Below, one piece after another: positions 17,945-29,144 of a stretch of DNA of 32,000 nucleotides (position 1 is the first letter of the stretch; each line of letters opens with the position of its first letter). The stretch comes from Candidatus Brocadia sp. (GTDB lineage Bacteria; Planctomycetota; Brocadiia; Brocadiales; Brocadiaceae). The notes beneath the pieces were generated by a model, which worked only from the letters and a program-made list of their open reading frames with translations, had not been told where the DNA came from and ran no database searches. The stretch is taken from NCBI GenBank assembly GCA_021650915.1, contig CP091279.1:3000001-3032000 (forward strand). The letters are read 5' to 3'. Made by a program: the position numbers and the translations under genes.

Positions 17945-18946
17945 TTATGACCATGTGCAGGCCATTGGTATCCGGTAGAGACATTTGTGGATTTGTTCGG
18001 GATGGAAAACCATGTGATCCGGGCGGTCATGATGCCAATCGTTCCCGTCGGGAACGTGGTCGTCCAGATACGGCCATTTGCGGAAAGGATCGATCCCTAA
18101 TGCCTGGATAAGCTTTTGATTATTCATGGTAACATTTCCAGCCCGCGGCGGCATTGGGCCAGCTTCCTTGCGCATACACCCTTTCAATAGATGGGGTGCA
18201 TAACCCCCTACCTTATTTACAATTTGTCCGATCTGATAGAGGCTAAGGTGCCGGTGCGAACCAAGATGGTAAATACCCCTGATATTATTTCCCAGGGTCC
18301 GCGCTATAACCTCATTAAAATCCTCACAATAAAAAGGCGACCGTAATTCATCAAAGTATAAGGTGGCCGGATTATTCTTTTTAAACCGCGACAGGATCCA
18401 GTCGATTGCCCCGGCATGCCCATTAACGCTTACCCCCATAGGAAGTGATATGCGGAAAATTGCCGCGGATGAATACCGGAGCATAAGAATTTCCTCAGCT
18501 ATAGCCATCGTCTTGCCATACATGGTTACAGGCGCTATAGCATCTTCCTCCTTATAGAAACCTTCCACTTTTCCGGGAAATACCAGGTCGGTGGAGAGAT
18601 GAATCAGCCGCACGTCACGATCCCCTATCATCTCCAGCACATTTAAAACCGACTGCACATTCACACGATAGGCCAGTACGCTATTCATCTCACAGGATTT
18701 CAGGGCACAGGAACCGGCGCCATTCAGGACAGATTTAAACTGCTTCTGTTTCATCAAGGCTGCAAGCCCCTGGCGGTCTTCTATGTCGAGAGGAACGATC
18801 CCTTTCCCTCTCAGAGGCCAATATCGGACAGGACGAATAGCAGTAACGTGGTCGGGGTATCGAGCGTGAAAATACTGAAAGGCGCTGTATCCGGGCACGC
18901 CGGTTACACCGGTAATCAGCAGGGGTAAAAAAGGCGGCAAAGACAT
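17945..18946 (-). CDS. RmlD-like NAD(P)-dependent sugar-nucleotide reductase (SDR, dTDP-4-dehydrorhamnose reductase family)
   Basis: Motifs are the Rossmann ITGVTGVPG, LIHLSTDLVFPG (compare STDYVFDG in RmlD) and the catalytic YGKTMAIAE (YxxxK). Confidence 0.65.
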   Translation of the reverse strand: MSLPPFLPLLITGVTGVPGYSAFQYFHARYPDHVTAIRPVRYWPLRGKGIVPLDIEDRQGLAALMKQKQFKSVLNGAGSCALKSCEMNSVLAYRVNVQSVLNVLEMIGDRDVRLIHLSTDLVFPGKVEGFYKEEDAIAPVTMYGKTMAIAEEILMLRYSSAAIFRISLPMGVSVNGHAGAIDWILSRFKKNNPATLYFDELRSPFYCEDFNEVIARTLGNNIRGIYHLGSHRHLSLYQIGQIVNKVGGYAPHLLKGCMRKEAGPMPPRAGNVTMNNQKLIQALGIDPFRKWPYLDDHVPDGNDWHHDRPDHMVFHPEQIHKCLYRIPMACTWS

Positions 18947-19092
18947 AAAACGTCCATACAGTAATCAAAATTGATTTTACCCACAAAAGCACAAAGAAGA
19001 AGGTGGGCGGTTGGTTGGAAATTTGAGGAGTTAAAAAACAGATTCACATCTTCTTAACAGGTTCTTCGTGTCTGGTTTATGCTAAAGGACTT

Positions 19093-20559
19093 CTATTCCT
19101 TCAATGCCCTTTTTAAAATCTTTCCGGTGGGACCATGAGGCAGCTCTCTGTGGAATACGAAATATTTTGGCACCTTATAGTGCGGCAACCGCGTCATACA
19201 GTAGTCCCTGATTTCTTCTTCGCTACACGTTGCATGCTCACGCAAGGCGATAAATGCCTTAGGCACTTCTCCCCGAACTTTGTCAGGCACACCAACGACA
19301 GCAACTTCAAAGACCTTCTCATACCTGCTAATGACATGTTCAATCTCCGTGGGAGATACATTTTCTCCGCTGATAATAATGAGTTCTTTTTTCCTTCCCG
19401 TGATCCACAAAAACCCTTCTTCATCAAGCTTGCCATAGTCTCCCGTCTTCAGCCATCTGTCGGAGGTGATGGTCTCCGCCGTTTCCTTCGGCAGTTTATG
19501 ATACCCCTTCATTACGTTCGGCCCTTTCACCCATATCTCACCCTCCCTGTTTGCTGGCTGTCCCTGCCCGTTATCGTTTACAATCTTTACCTCAACGTTA
19601 TCCAAAGGGGGGCCAATACTGCCTGGTTCGGATTTTTCGGGGAGATTTACTGAAACGATCGCTGTGGCTTCCGTTAATCCATAACCTTCCGTCAGGGGGA
19701 CAGGAAATACTTTGCAAAATGCCTCTAAGACATCGCCAGGCAAGGGTTCACCTCCGGACGTGCAGAGTCTCAAGGTGCGCAGGTCATGTTTTGTTGATTC
19801 CGCCGTTCGCAGGAGCACCCGGTACATGGATGGAATGGCGAATAAGGATGTGACTTTGTGTTTTTCAATCATCTCCAGTACCTTCGGCCCAGAAAATCGC
19901 GGAAGATAAAGAATCGTAGCGCCAACACAGACAGGCAAGATGAGGGTTGTGGTCAGCGCATAGGTATGAAAAAGCGGCAGGATGCCAAGCAATATGTCTT
20001 TTTCCGTAAAATGAAAGGCATGTATGCACCCTTCAAGGTTGCTCAGGAAATTGTTGTGGGTTAAGATTACTCCTTTCGGGTTGGCACTCGTCCCTGAGGT
20101 GTACAGCATCGCGGCCTGTTCTTCCGCATTGCCGTATTGAATACTGCCTTCATTCAGGCATGCATCGGTATGTCCCTCTTCGACCAGAAAGAGATGCTTT
20201 ATCTGATCTCCCAGGAGGGGTGCGAACAGCTTACAGGTAAATACCGTGTCTATCTCCGCATCCCGGATTACATAGAACAGTTGCGCTGGCGAGAGCAAAA
20301 AATTCAACGGAACTGGCGTCTTTCCGGTAGCAAGAATTCCATAGAATGCCGCCGCAAATTCCTTCCCGTTGGGGAGAAGGATTCCGACATTTTTCCCGGC
20401 GCCACCTGACAGTACCCTTCCGGTATATCTTAAAACTTCTTTACGGAGATCTTCGTAACAAAGGGATCCATTTTGGTCTAAAATTGCCGTTTTGCCGGGG
20501 TATTTTTTGCACGTATTTAAAAAACTCGTGATGAGCGTCATTCTGTGAACTTTTTCCAA
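19093..20559 (-). CDS. AMP-dependent acyl-CoA synthetase/ligase (FadD-like)
   Basis: ANL-superfamily motifs are YTSGTSANPKG, GYGLTE, TGDYGKLDEEGFLWITGRKKE and the C-terminal GKILKR. Confidence 0.85.
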   Translation of the reverse strand: MEKVHRMTLITSFLNTCKKYPGKTAILDQNGSLCYEDLRKEVLRYTGRVLSGGAGKNVGILLPNGKEFAAAFYGILATGKTPVPLNFLLSPAQLFYVIRDAEIDTVFTCKLFAPLLGDQIKHLFLVEEGHTDACLNEGSIQYGNAEEQAAMLYTSGTSANPKGVILTHNNFLSNLEGCIHAFHFTEKDILLGILPLFHTYALTTTLILPVCVGATILYLPRFSGPKVLEMIEKHKVTSLFAIPSMYRVLLRTAESTKHDLRTLRLCTSGGEPLPGDVLEAFCKVFPVPLTEGYGLTEATAIVSVNLPEKSEPGSIGPPLDNVEVKIVNDNGQGQPANREGEIWVKGPNVMKGYHKLPKETAETITSDRWLKTGDYGKLDEEGFLWITGRKKELIIISGENVSPTEIEHVISRYEKVFEVAVVGVPDKVRGEVPKAFIALREHATCSEEEIRDYCMTRLPHYKVPKYFVFHRELPHGPTGKILKRALKE

Positions 20560-20562
20560 AAG

Positions 20563-21063
20563 CTAGTTTCTGTTATCGTCATACTCAAGTTCCATGATTT
20601 TTTTGCCGACGTGTAGTGTGTCCATATCATCTGTTTCCACATTTTCCGGTCTATCGGCAATCTCTTCTGCTCTTTCCCGAAATGCCCTGTCATCACACGC
20701 CTTTTCTTCTTCCTCTTTACAACTCACGCACAGGGTAGCGAATGGAATTGCCTTTAGCCGCGCTTTTTTTATCACTTTGCCGCATTGCTCGCATACGCCA
20801 TACTGTCCTGTTTTAATCCTGGACAGGGCATCTTCTATCTGCTTTAACTCCCTGGCGCCTTCTTCCGCAACGGCAAATTCCAGCACTTCACTGGAAGAAC
20901 TTGACGCTATCTCAACAACATCTGTCGCTTTTTCACTTCCCGCGTCACGATATTTCTTAGCCCGCTTCTCGAATTCCTTCAACAGGATATTTTTTCTGCT
21001 TTTCAGCAGATTTTCAATTTGTTTTAATTCTTTCTTTTGCATGAAATTTCTCTGGCTCCCCAT
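20563..21063 (-). CDS. DksA/TraR-family C4 zinc-finger protein
   Basis: It has a coiled-coil N-terminal half and the finger CEQCGKVIKKARLKAIPFATLCVSC (CxxC-N17-CxxC). An acidic C-terminal tail is present. Confidence 0.8.
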   Translation of the reverse strand: MGSQRNFMQKKELKQIENLLKSRKNILLKEFEKRAKKYRDAGSEKATDVVEIASSSSSEVLEFAVAEEGARELKQIEDALSRIKTGQYGVCEQCGKVIKKARLKAIPFATLCVSCKEEEEKACDDRAFRERAEEIADRPENVETDDMDTLHVGKKIMELEYDDNRN

Positions 21064-21075
21064 ACACCATACAAA

Positions 21076-23854
<2,779 letters not shown>

Positions 23855-23881
23855 GGCAACCGTTTCTCCACCACAAAAGCC

Positions 23882-24982
23882 TTACTTCGTTTCAATTGGC
23901 ATAATAACATCCAGCTGTTCGTAGCCCGTCCTGATCAAAGCTGCACTATCGCAATCGCTAAGTTCAATAACTACCGTATCATTATCCGAAACTTTCAATG
24001 CATCTATAACGTATTCCGGATCAAAACTAATTTCCAAATCCGGTCCATCATATCCAACGGCAATTTCCAACTCTGCCTCCCCCACGTCCGCGGTCCTGGA
24101 CGAAAGCAGCAACTTTCCCTGCCGGAAGATAAACTTTACTATACGATATTCCTCATTCGTCATAAACGAGGCCATCCGCACCCCTGATAACAATTGATTT
24201 CTGTCAACTTCTACTCTCTTGTCATTTCCCTTCGGTATAAGCTCCTCATATTTTGGATACTGACCCTCTATTAACTGTGAAATAATTTCACCCTTTTCAC
24301 CCGCAAAACACACCTGCTGTTCGCCCATCCCTAATGTTAAAATCCCTTTGCATTCCGACACAAACCGTTGCAGAAACGTTAAACACTTCACCGCCACTAT
24401 TCCATCAAACGATATCCCTTCAGGGTTGTTTACCTTACGTTTAACACTGGACATCCTGTTTCCGTCTGCGGCAACCATGATAATATAGTCATCCATAACC
24501 CTCACAAAGATACCGCACAACATACTTCGCACCTTAACCGTCGATACAGAATGAACAACCCTTCCCACCATATCAGCGATAATTCCTCCGTCTACTTCAA
24601 CAAGACCCTTGGTCTTTATCCTACCAATTTCCGGAAACTGCCTGAAATCTTCTCCCGCTATCTTGAAGTGCCCACCTCCCGATTTCAAGGTGCAATTTCC
24701 TTCTTCAATTGACACAGAAATTTCATCATTTCCAGCCCACTCTCTTAACACATTATTTACCCGAACCGCCGGCAGGACAATGCCACCTTCTCCTTCACAT
24801 TTTCCCGCCGGTAACACGTATTTAACCAAAACTTCCAAATCAGTAGCAACAAATTCTACCCGCTCATTTTTTACCTCAACCTTAACGCCTTTTAACACCC
24901 CTTTCAGTGCGGATGTTGGAACAATACCAGCTACCAAGTTAAAACCACCGAACAAGTCTTTTCCTGAGAAATGTAATTTCAT
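23882..24982 (-). CDS. dnaN: DNA polymerase III beta sliding clamp
   Basis: 366 aa. The N-terminus ...VEFVATDLEVLVKY is typical of DnaN. Position is directly downstream of dnaA. Confidence 0.9.
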   Translation of the reverse strand: MKLHFSGKDLFGGFNLVAGIVPTSALKGVLKGVKVEVKNERVEFVATDLEVLVKYVLPAGKCEGEGGIVLPAVRVNNVLREWAGNDEISVSIEEGNCTLKSGGGHFKIAGEDFRQFPEIGRIKTKGLVEVDGGIIADMVGRVVHSVSTVKVRSMLCGIFVRVMDDYIIMVAADGNRMSSVKRKVNNPEGISFDGIVAVKCLTFLQRFVSECKGILTLGMGEQQVCFAGEKGEIISQLIEGQYPKYEELIPKGNDKRVEVDRNQLLSGVRMASFMTNEEYRIVKFIFRQGKLLLSSRTADVGEAELEIAVGYDGPDLEISFDPEYVIDALKVSDNDTVVIELSDCDSAALIRTGYEQLDVIMPIETK

Positions 24983-25223
24983 GTAATCTTCCTAACGTTT
25001 TATTATATTTTAAAAGATATATAAACCGTAACCTTACTATATGATGATCATACTTCTGCTATATGAATATAACTGTTAAGAACATAAGCCTCTACGTCAA
25101 TTTGCCGCATGTAGAGAACCTGTAGAAAGTTTGGATGGTAAAGCATCCTCTGCAAGGGCAGAGAAATAAAAAGCCTCTTATTCCGGATTAATTTATACAA
25201 GTATTTTACATATTATGAACATA
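24983..25223. other. Candidate oriC segment (the dnaA-dnaN spacer): an AT-rich stretch plus degenerate DnaA-box-like 9-mers
   Basis: The AT-rich run is TTTTATTATATTTTAAAAGATATATAAA (about 25002-25028). Three clustered 9-mers resemble TGTGGATAA: TGTAGAGAA (25110-25118, 7/9), TGTAGAAAG (25121-25129, 6/9) and TTTGGATGG (25130-25138, 6/9). There is no perfect box. Confidence 0.35.
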
Positions 25224-26588
25224 CTACTTCTGTAATTCACTTTCCAGCTTTTGAAGTATAATACTAAGGTTTTTGTCTTTTTTTAACATCTTGGTTATTT
25301 TTTCGTCTGCATGAATTACCGTTGAATGATCTCTTCCTCCTAAATATCCGCCAATTTCCATAAGCGACATCTTCGTTAATTTCCTTGACAGGTGCATGGC
25401 TATTTGTCTGGGAAGCGCAAGACTTCTTGTTCTGCACCGTGACTGAAGCTGGGAGACGCGTATGTTGAACCTCTCAGAGACGGCCTTAATGACCGTTTCT
25501 ATACTAATGTACCTTTTGTTGCCTGAAAGCTCCCAGACAATTTTTCTCATACGGTCGAGGGTAATACTATTTTTCGTTATCTTTTCCTCCCGGCTCAGAC
25601 GCGCAATAGCTCCTTCGAGCTCACGAATGCTTCCGGTTACGTTCTCTGCAAGATATGATGCGGCTTCATGCGATAGATTAATACCCCATAATGACGCTTT
25701 TTTCTCCGCTATTGCGATGCGCGTTTCCCGAGTCGTATTATCAATACTGCAGAGAAGCCCCCATTTAAAACGGGAAATAAGCCTGTCTTCAAGAGTGGCA
25801 ATTAATTCAGGCGGACAATCACTCGTGATAACAATTTGTTTTTTGGCGTTATAAAGGGTATTAAAGGTATGAAAAAATTCCTCTCTGCTTTCCTGAGAAT
25901 TTTCAAATGCCTGTATATCATCTATAAGAAGTGCATCGATGTTTCTGTAGAAAGCTCTGAAAGAGTCCCAGCTATTTGTTCGTATTGTTGAAATGTAGTG
26001 ATTTACAAAACGTTCGCAGGGCACATAAAGGGTCTTCATCTTGTGTTTGGATGACAATACGTTATTTATAGCATGCAGAAGATGGGTCTTTCCGAGACCG
26101 GAAGCTCCATGAATAAACAGAGGATTATACGCAAGGCCTGGCGTTTCTGAAACGGCAAAGGCTGCTGCGTGCGCTAATCTGTTGCAGGGACCTACAACAA
26201 AATTTTCAAAGCTATAATATTTGTTTAAAGGCACATGATAATTTTCCTCAGGAGGTTTCTTTCCTGCAAAGAACTCCTCCGGTGGAAAAGACGTAGCTGA
26301 TAATTTATCAAAGACCTCTTCCTCAGTGGAAAAGTGAACTTCTCTTGACGAGTTTAATACTTTATATACTGCGCTCGAAAAAAGGTCGTGGTAATGGCTT
26401 TTAAGCCACTCTCGGATAAAAGAATTCGGCGTAACAAAGGTAATTCTATTGCTGGTAACGGATGATACCCTAAGACACGAAAACCATATTTCAAACTGTT
26501 GAGCGGTAACAACCTCTTTTATTATGGATAATATGCCTTTAAGGATAAAATCCCTCTCGTTATTGGAAACTACAGGTGTTTCTAGCAT
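25224..26588 (-). CDS. dnaA: Chromosomal replication initiator protein DnaA
   Basis: 454 aa. It has Walker A GASGLGKTHLL, an AAA+ domain III, and the domain IV signature GGRDHSTVIHA. Confidence 0.97.
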   Translation of the reverse strand: MLETPVVSNNERDFILKGILSIIKEVVTAQQFEIWFSCLRVSSVTSNRITFVTPNSFIREWLKSHYHDLFSSAVYKVLNSSREVHFSTEEEVFDKLSATSFPPEEFFAGKKPPEENYHVPLNKYYSFENFVVGPCNRLAHAAAFAVSETPGLAYNPLFIHGASGLGKTHLLHAINNVLSSKHKMKTLYVPCERFVNHYISTIRTNSWDSFRAFYRNIDALLIDDIQAFENSQESREEFFHTFNTLYNAKKQIVITSDCPPELIATLEDRLISRFKWGLLCSIDNTTRETRIAIAEKKASLWGINLSHEAASYLAENVTGSIRELEGAIARLSREEKITKNSITLDRMRKIVWELSGNKRYISIETVIKAVSERFNIRVSQLQSRCRTRSLALPRQIAMHLSRKLTKMSLMEIGGYLGGRDHSTVIHADEKITKMLKKDKNLSIILQKLESELQK

Positions 26589-26840
26589 TGCAGAGTGCGG
26601 TTCATTTTTCTCAATAGGTTGATAAGCGTTTGAAGTGCAAACTTGTAATTACACGAAGGAACCAGACTATAGAAAAGAACGCTGGAAAGAAAATATCTCT
26701 TGTGGAAATTCCAACGCACGCTAAGGAAAAAATCGGGTAGAATGATACCAAGAAAAGAATGGCAAGTCAAACGATAATACTTCATAATCTTCTTATCAAG
26801 GTTATTAACAGGCACTTAAAGAGATCGATTTGCTCAAGCG

Positions 26841-26952
26841 TTTGAAAAATTACCATAATAACGATGTTACCGCACGGTGTAGGGGCGAAGCATTTGCCAT
26901 AAATTGACATAAATGTATTCACACCCCAAGCTGGCAAATGCTTCGCCCCTAC
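26841..26952. repeat. Second copy of the 112-nt hairpin repeat core, in reverse orientation relative to 885-996
   Basis: The reverse complement of 885-996 aligns to 26841-26952 with 2 mismatches by my manual alignment. It includes the stem GTAGGGGCGAAGCATTTGCC / GGCAAATGCTTCGCCCCTAC. Confidence 0.85.
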
Positions 26953-26961
26953 CTTTTGAAA

Positions 26962-27117
26962 AATCCCGAAGGGATGACATGATTATAGAAAAAACGCGCC
27001 ACCCTATTCAACCCCGTAGGGGTGGAATATCGGGAAAATAGCGATACTATGCCACCCCTGCGGGGTTAGCCATAATTGCATAACCATATGCTATAATCAT
27101 GACATCCCTTCGGGATT
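26962..27117. repeat. 156-nt nested long hairpin
   Basis: The 27-nt arms are AATCCCGAAGGGATGACATGATTATAG (26962-26988) and CTATAATCATGACATCCCTTCGGGATT (27091-27117), matching at 26/27. An inner inverted pair is AACCCCGTAGGGGTGG (27010-27025) / CCACCCCTGCGGGGTT (27052-27067). Confidence 0.8.
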
Positions 27118-27135
27118 ACTGAATGGATACGAGAA

Positions 27136-27160
27136 TTTTTCAAAAAGCTAAATTGTTACA
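27136..27160 (+). repeat. Recurrent 25-nt module TTTTTCAAAAARCTAAAKTGTTRC
   Basis: TTTTTCAAAAAGCTAAATTGTTACA occurs here. Related copies are at 988-1012 and 11725-11750 (plus orientation) and, inverted, at 854-884. Confidence 0.5.
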
Positions 27161-27213
27161 AAAAATTTTGTTTTTTTGGGAGGATGCCTTCAGAAACTAC
27201 CAGTATTATTTTG

Positions 27214-27242
27214 TTGACATCCTATCATGTCGCAGGTATCTT
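27214..27242 (+). promoter_or_regulatory. Sigma70-type promoter candidate for the riboswitch leader
   Basis: TTGACA (27214-27219), a 17-nt spacer, then TATCTT (27237-27242). Confidence 0.45.
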
Positions 27243-27282
27243 AATGGTGTTAGAAACGATTAATGACCAAACAAATAAACAA

Positions 27283-27376
27283 ACACGACAAGGGCAAACC
27301 CTGAGTGATCGGGGGACGCAAAGTAAAGGGTCTTTCAACTAATAAGGATGTAGTTAAAGACGTACCTTATCCTTTA
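27283..27376 (+). promoter_or_regulatory. Candidate c-di-GMP-I (GEMM-I) riboswitch aptamer
   Basis: ACACGACAAGGGCAAACC-CUGA-GUGA-UCGG-GGGACGCAAAG matches the conserved AGGGCAAACC ... GNRA ... GGGACGCAAAG core of GEMM-I. The comparison is to the Vc2 aptamer, from memory. A second helix spans 27324-27376 (UAAAGG/CCUUUA, GUCUUU/AAAGAC, AACUA/UAGUU). Confidence 0.6.
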
Positions 27377-27387
27377 GCAAAAAAGAT

Positions 27388-27443
27388 AGCCTTACTGCCG
27401 AAGATGTTTCACAACAATCTTTGCAGTAAGGCTTTTTTATTTT
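27388..27443 (+). terminator. Rho-independent terminator (putative riboswitch expression platform)
   Basis: The stem is AGCCTTACTGC (27388-27398) / GCAGTAAGGCT (27423-27433), with an inner AAGAT/ATCTT pairing. It is followed by TTTTTATTTT. Confidence 0.75.
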
Positions 27444-27487
27444 AAGGAACCTTTGTTAAAACTTATTTAACCGAACGGGAGGAGTTT

Positions 27488-28324
27488 ATGCCAAAAGGAA
27501 TTGCACTAACAACGGGACTGAATGCCGTCAGTCCGGCGCACTATGGTGGCTGGTCAGGAGAACTCAACGCATGCGAAGCGGATGCAAAAGATATGGCGGA
27601 GATTGCCCGGTCAAAAGATTACGAGGTAAAGACCTTGCTCACCAAAGAAGCCACGCGGAAGAATGTTATCGATGGGATCATAAAGGCTGCCGGCACACTG
27701 ACGTCCGGTGATATCTTTATGCTAAGTTATTCCGGCCACGGCGGACAGCTTCCCGACATGAACAGCGATGAGGATGATGCACAGGATGAAACGTGGTGCT
27801 TATATGATGGAGAAATGGTTGATGATGAGCTCTATACATTGCTTGGAAAATTTGCGAAGGGTGTTCGTGTCCTGGTCTTTTCTGATAGTTGTCACAGCGG
27901 TACCGTGACGAAGCAGGCATACTACCAATCTGCCATGAGGGCTGTGGGTGCAAAAGGGATTGCTCCGGAAGTCCGGTATCGTTTTATGCCAATGGAGGTC
28001 GCCGTTCGCACCTATCGCGATAATAAAAAATTTTATGACCCCATCTTAAAGGACGCTAAATTGAAGGAATCGCGCGATGCCGTAAACGCCTCGGTGATCC
28101 TCATCTCTGGCTGCCAGGATAATCAGCTTTCTGCCGATGGCGCCTTTAATGGCTTGTTCACTGCTAATTTGCTGCAGGTGTGGAATGAGGGAAAATTCAG
28201 AAAAGGATATCGGGCTTTTCGTCGTGCTATTGTCAATCGCATGCCCCCAGACCAGACGCCGAATTATTTCCGTGTGGGCGAGACTAGCCGTGCTTTTGAA
28301 AGACAAAGACCATTTACAATTTAA
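27488..28324 (+). CDS. Caspase-like cysteine peptidase (peptidase C14, orthocaspase-type), single domain
   Basis: 278 aa. The catalytic His is in LSYSGHGG and the catalytic Cys in VFSDSCHSG. An RBS (GGGAGGAG) lies upstream. There is no signal peptide and no accessory domain. Confidence 0.85.
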   Translation: MPKGIALTTGLNAVSPAHYGGWSGELNACEADAKDMAEIARSKDYEVKTLLTKEATRKNVIDGIIKAAGTLTSGDIFMLSYSGHGGQLPDMNSDEDDAQDETWCLYDGEMVDDELYTLLGKFAKGVRVLVFSDSCHSGTVTKQAYYQSAMRAVGAKGIAPEVRYRFMPMEVAVRTYRDNKKFYDPILKDAKLKESRDAVNASVILISGCQDNQLSADGAFNGLFTANLLQVWNEGKFRKGYRAFRRAIVNRMPPDQTPNYFRVGETSRAFERQRPFTI

Positions 28325-28472
28325 CGGGACATTTTATATTGCCACGATGAAAATTATTGTCCTTGTATGGCAATGAAGGGAAATTCGTGTAAACGATAGG
28401 GAATAACCATGACATAGGCTTAGGGAAAAATCGCTCCTTGCGTTCACGCGCGCGAGCAGTTAGGAGGGTTAT

Positions 28473-29144
28473 ATGAAACGAAATAATCTTTTGGTTCTCT
28501 TAGCGATCGTAATCAGCCTCACGGGATGTGCACCAATCTTCAATGACAATTTCGAAGCGGATGTTATTGGAGATCCACCCGCAGTCTCACCAGCCGGAAA
28601 TCCTACCGACGACAGCCTTAATATTCAGGGGCCTCCAAACAGTATCACGGTAATAAACTCCATCCCTCTCGGTTCAAAGTCCGTTAAGATTGACCGCGCA
28701 GCTAAGCCACCTCAGGTTGTTCTTGAATGTGTGACAGGAGGTGGGCCTCATACAACGGGAAATTATCTTATAAGTTATAAGGCATACAGCATACTTGCTG
28801 ATGCAGTCCCAAATTTGACCACGTCCGTTAAATCTTCAGGCGGACAGCACGCCTTTCAACTGCGACTAACAGATGGAAATTATCGGCTGGCAAGCGGTGG
28901 CAATCCAGATGAGATACTCCCGGGCGGATATGCAGCAAATGTGGTTCACTCAATATCCGTCCGTATTAACATGGACACACAAAGGTTCTGGCTGAACGTC
29001 GATGGAACTGATGTGGCCTCTGAAAAAACATTCCTGGAAGCCGGTTTTGCCGATGTGCACCTCCTGCGTTTTGAATATCCGGAACCAATTCTGGAGGCGT
29101 TGCCGGGAACGTATGTAGTTGACAATATTATCATTCGCAAATGA
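28473..29144 (+). CDS. Lipoprotein of unknown function, possibly with a concanavalin/LamG-like beta-sandwich fold
   Basis: It has a signal peptide with a lipobox (LLAIVISLTGC). The start FNDNFEAD... and end ...YVVDNIIIRK are reminiscent of LamG/DUF1080-type domains. The fold assignment is a guess. Confidence 0.6.
   Translation: MKRNNLLVLLAIVISLTGCAPIFNDNFEADVIGDPPAVSPAGNPTDDSLNIQGPPNSITVINSIPLGSKSVKIDRAAKPPQVVLECVTGGGPHTTGNYLISYKAYSILADAVPNLTTSVKSSGGQHAFQLRLTDGNYRLASGGNPDEILPGGYAANVVHSISVRINMDTQRFWLNVDGTDVASEKTFLEAGFADVHLLRFEYPEPILEALPGTYVVDNIIIRK

Noticed and set aside
26962-27117. Possibility that the structured repeats encode a tRNA-like or other known RNA gene, or form a CRISPR array
   Set aside because: There is no cloverleaf and no GTTCGAATC-type T-loop. 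The repeats are irregularly spaced, heterogeneous in sequence and palindromic over more than 100 nt, which is incompatible with CRISPR repeat-spacer periodicity.
28473-29144. Idea that the 223-aa protein next to the caspase-like protease is a bacterial gasdermin; protease-gasdermin pairs are an established defence module
   Set aside because: The protein has a classical Sec/lipoprotein signal (LLAIVISLTGC) and looks like an exported beta-sandwich. Bacterial gasdermins are cytosolic until cleaved and normally sit upstream of their protease. Structure prediction would be needed to revisit this.
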